35,721 bases of DNA from Bdellovibrionales bacterium (GTDB lineage Bacteria > Bdellovibrionota > Bdellovibrionia > Bdellovibrionales > UBA1609). The DNA is taken from positions 1 through 35,721 of the forward strand of contig JBFWVI010000033.1 of the NCBI GenBank assembly GCA_050246815.1, read 5' to 3'. The notes beneath the pieces are model-generated. The model saw nothing but the letters and a program-made list of their open reading frames with translations. It was not told where the DNA came from and made no database searches. Positions 35,432-35,721 of the stretch are shown piece after piece. The stretch's first letter is position 1. Each line of letters starts with the position of its first letter. Made by a program: the position numbers and the translations under genes.

Positions 35432-35721
35432 ATGAAACCGGGCTTTAAAATTGCGGTTATCCTAATCGCCGTTGCAGGTCTGCTGACTCAATTCACCAAC
35501 TGCGATGTCTATTCGGATAGCTCTGTTTTTAATGCGGCAAGCAGCTACATTTGCGAAGGCAATGACTGCATCACTGCCGATGCGGATATTTTGGAATTGT
35601 CGGCACCCACTGAACTTTTTGTACTTTCGACATCAACAAGTGCGGACGTGGGTGGCGATTGCAATGAGGCGGGTTTTCCGAACAACGTGATTAATTGGAA
35701 TTTGATTCAAAACGGTTCCAT
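35432..35721 (+). CDS. Cys-rich lipoprotein, 3' partial (not in the ORF track)
   Basis: AGGAG RBS; MKPGFKIAVILIAVAGLLTQFTN-CDVYSDSSVFNAASSYICEGNDC...GGDCNEAGFP; open to the window end. Confidence 0.82.
   Translation, partial: MKPGFKIAVILIAVAGLLTQFTNCDVYSDSSVFNAASSYICEGNDCITADADILELSAPTELFVLSTSTSADVGGDCNEAGFPNNVINWNLIQNGS

Noticed and set aside
35505..35690. 61-aa ORF in the track
   Set aside because: Out-of-frame overlap with the RBS-led lipoprotein starting at 35432
1..35721. tRNA, rRNA, prophage or anti-phage defence genes
   Set aside because: None recognised in the sequence or translations

Overview
Bacterial chromosomal window, probably from a predatory Bdellovibrionota-type genome. 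That assignment is inference from an FxNC-type lipobox, many orphan exported proteins, a degenerate HD-GYP protein and sigma54-type promoters. The left ~4.6 kb is an AT-richer accessory segment. It holds the right end of an IS3-family element, whose terminal TGA truncates a secreted protein gene, then a secreted ankyrin-repeat protein, a lipoprotein and a beta-propeller-like protein. The rest is mostly housekeeping and metabolic: nitronate monooxygenase-like flavoprotein, purT, pyrC, MFS transporter, beta-barrel OMP, DUF2723/TMEM260-like glycosyltransferase, hisS, kynB, a hutG-ltaE-kynA operon, SRPBCC, HD-GYP and pseudo-Hpt pair, queG, cca, lysophospholipase, Cys-cluster protein with sufE, yebC, DUF455, SDR and an OppA-like protein. 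The most notable unexplained signals are: five sigma54-type promoters, all in front of orphan exported proteins; a GTCTCA-N3-TGAGAC operator-like palindrome in two of those leaders; a possible effector/ankyrin-immunity pair; a recurring terminal C-[DE]-x-x-[LF] motif; a His-to-Asp pseudo-Hpt; an unlisted 33-aa membrane microprotein; many leaderless-looking starts; and a 17-bp duplication of the yebC 3' end. All calls come from reading motifs by eye; no searches were run.
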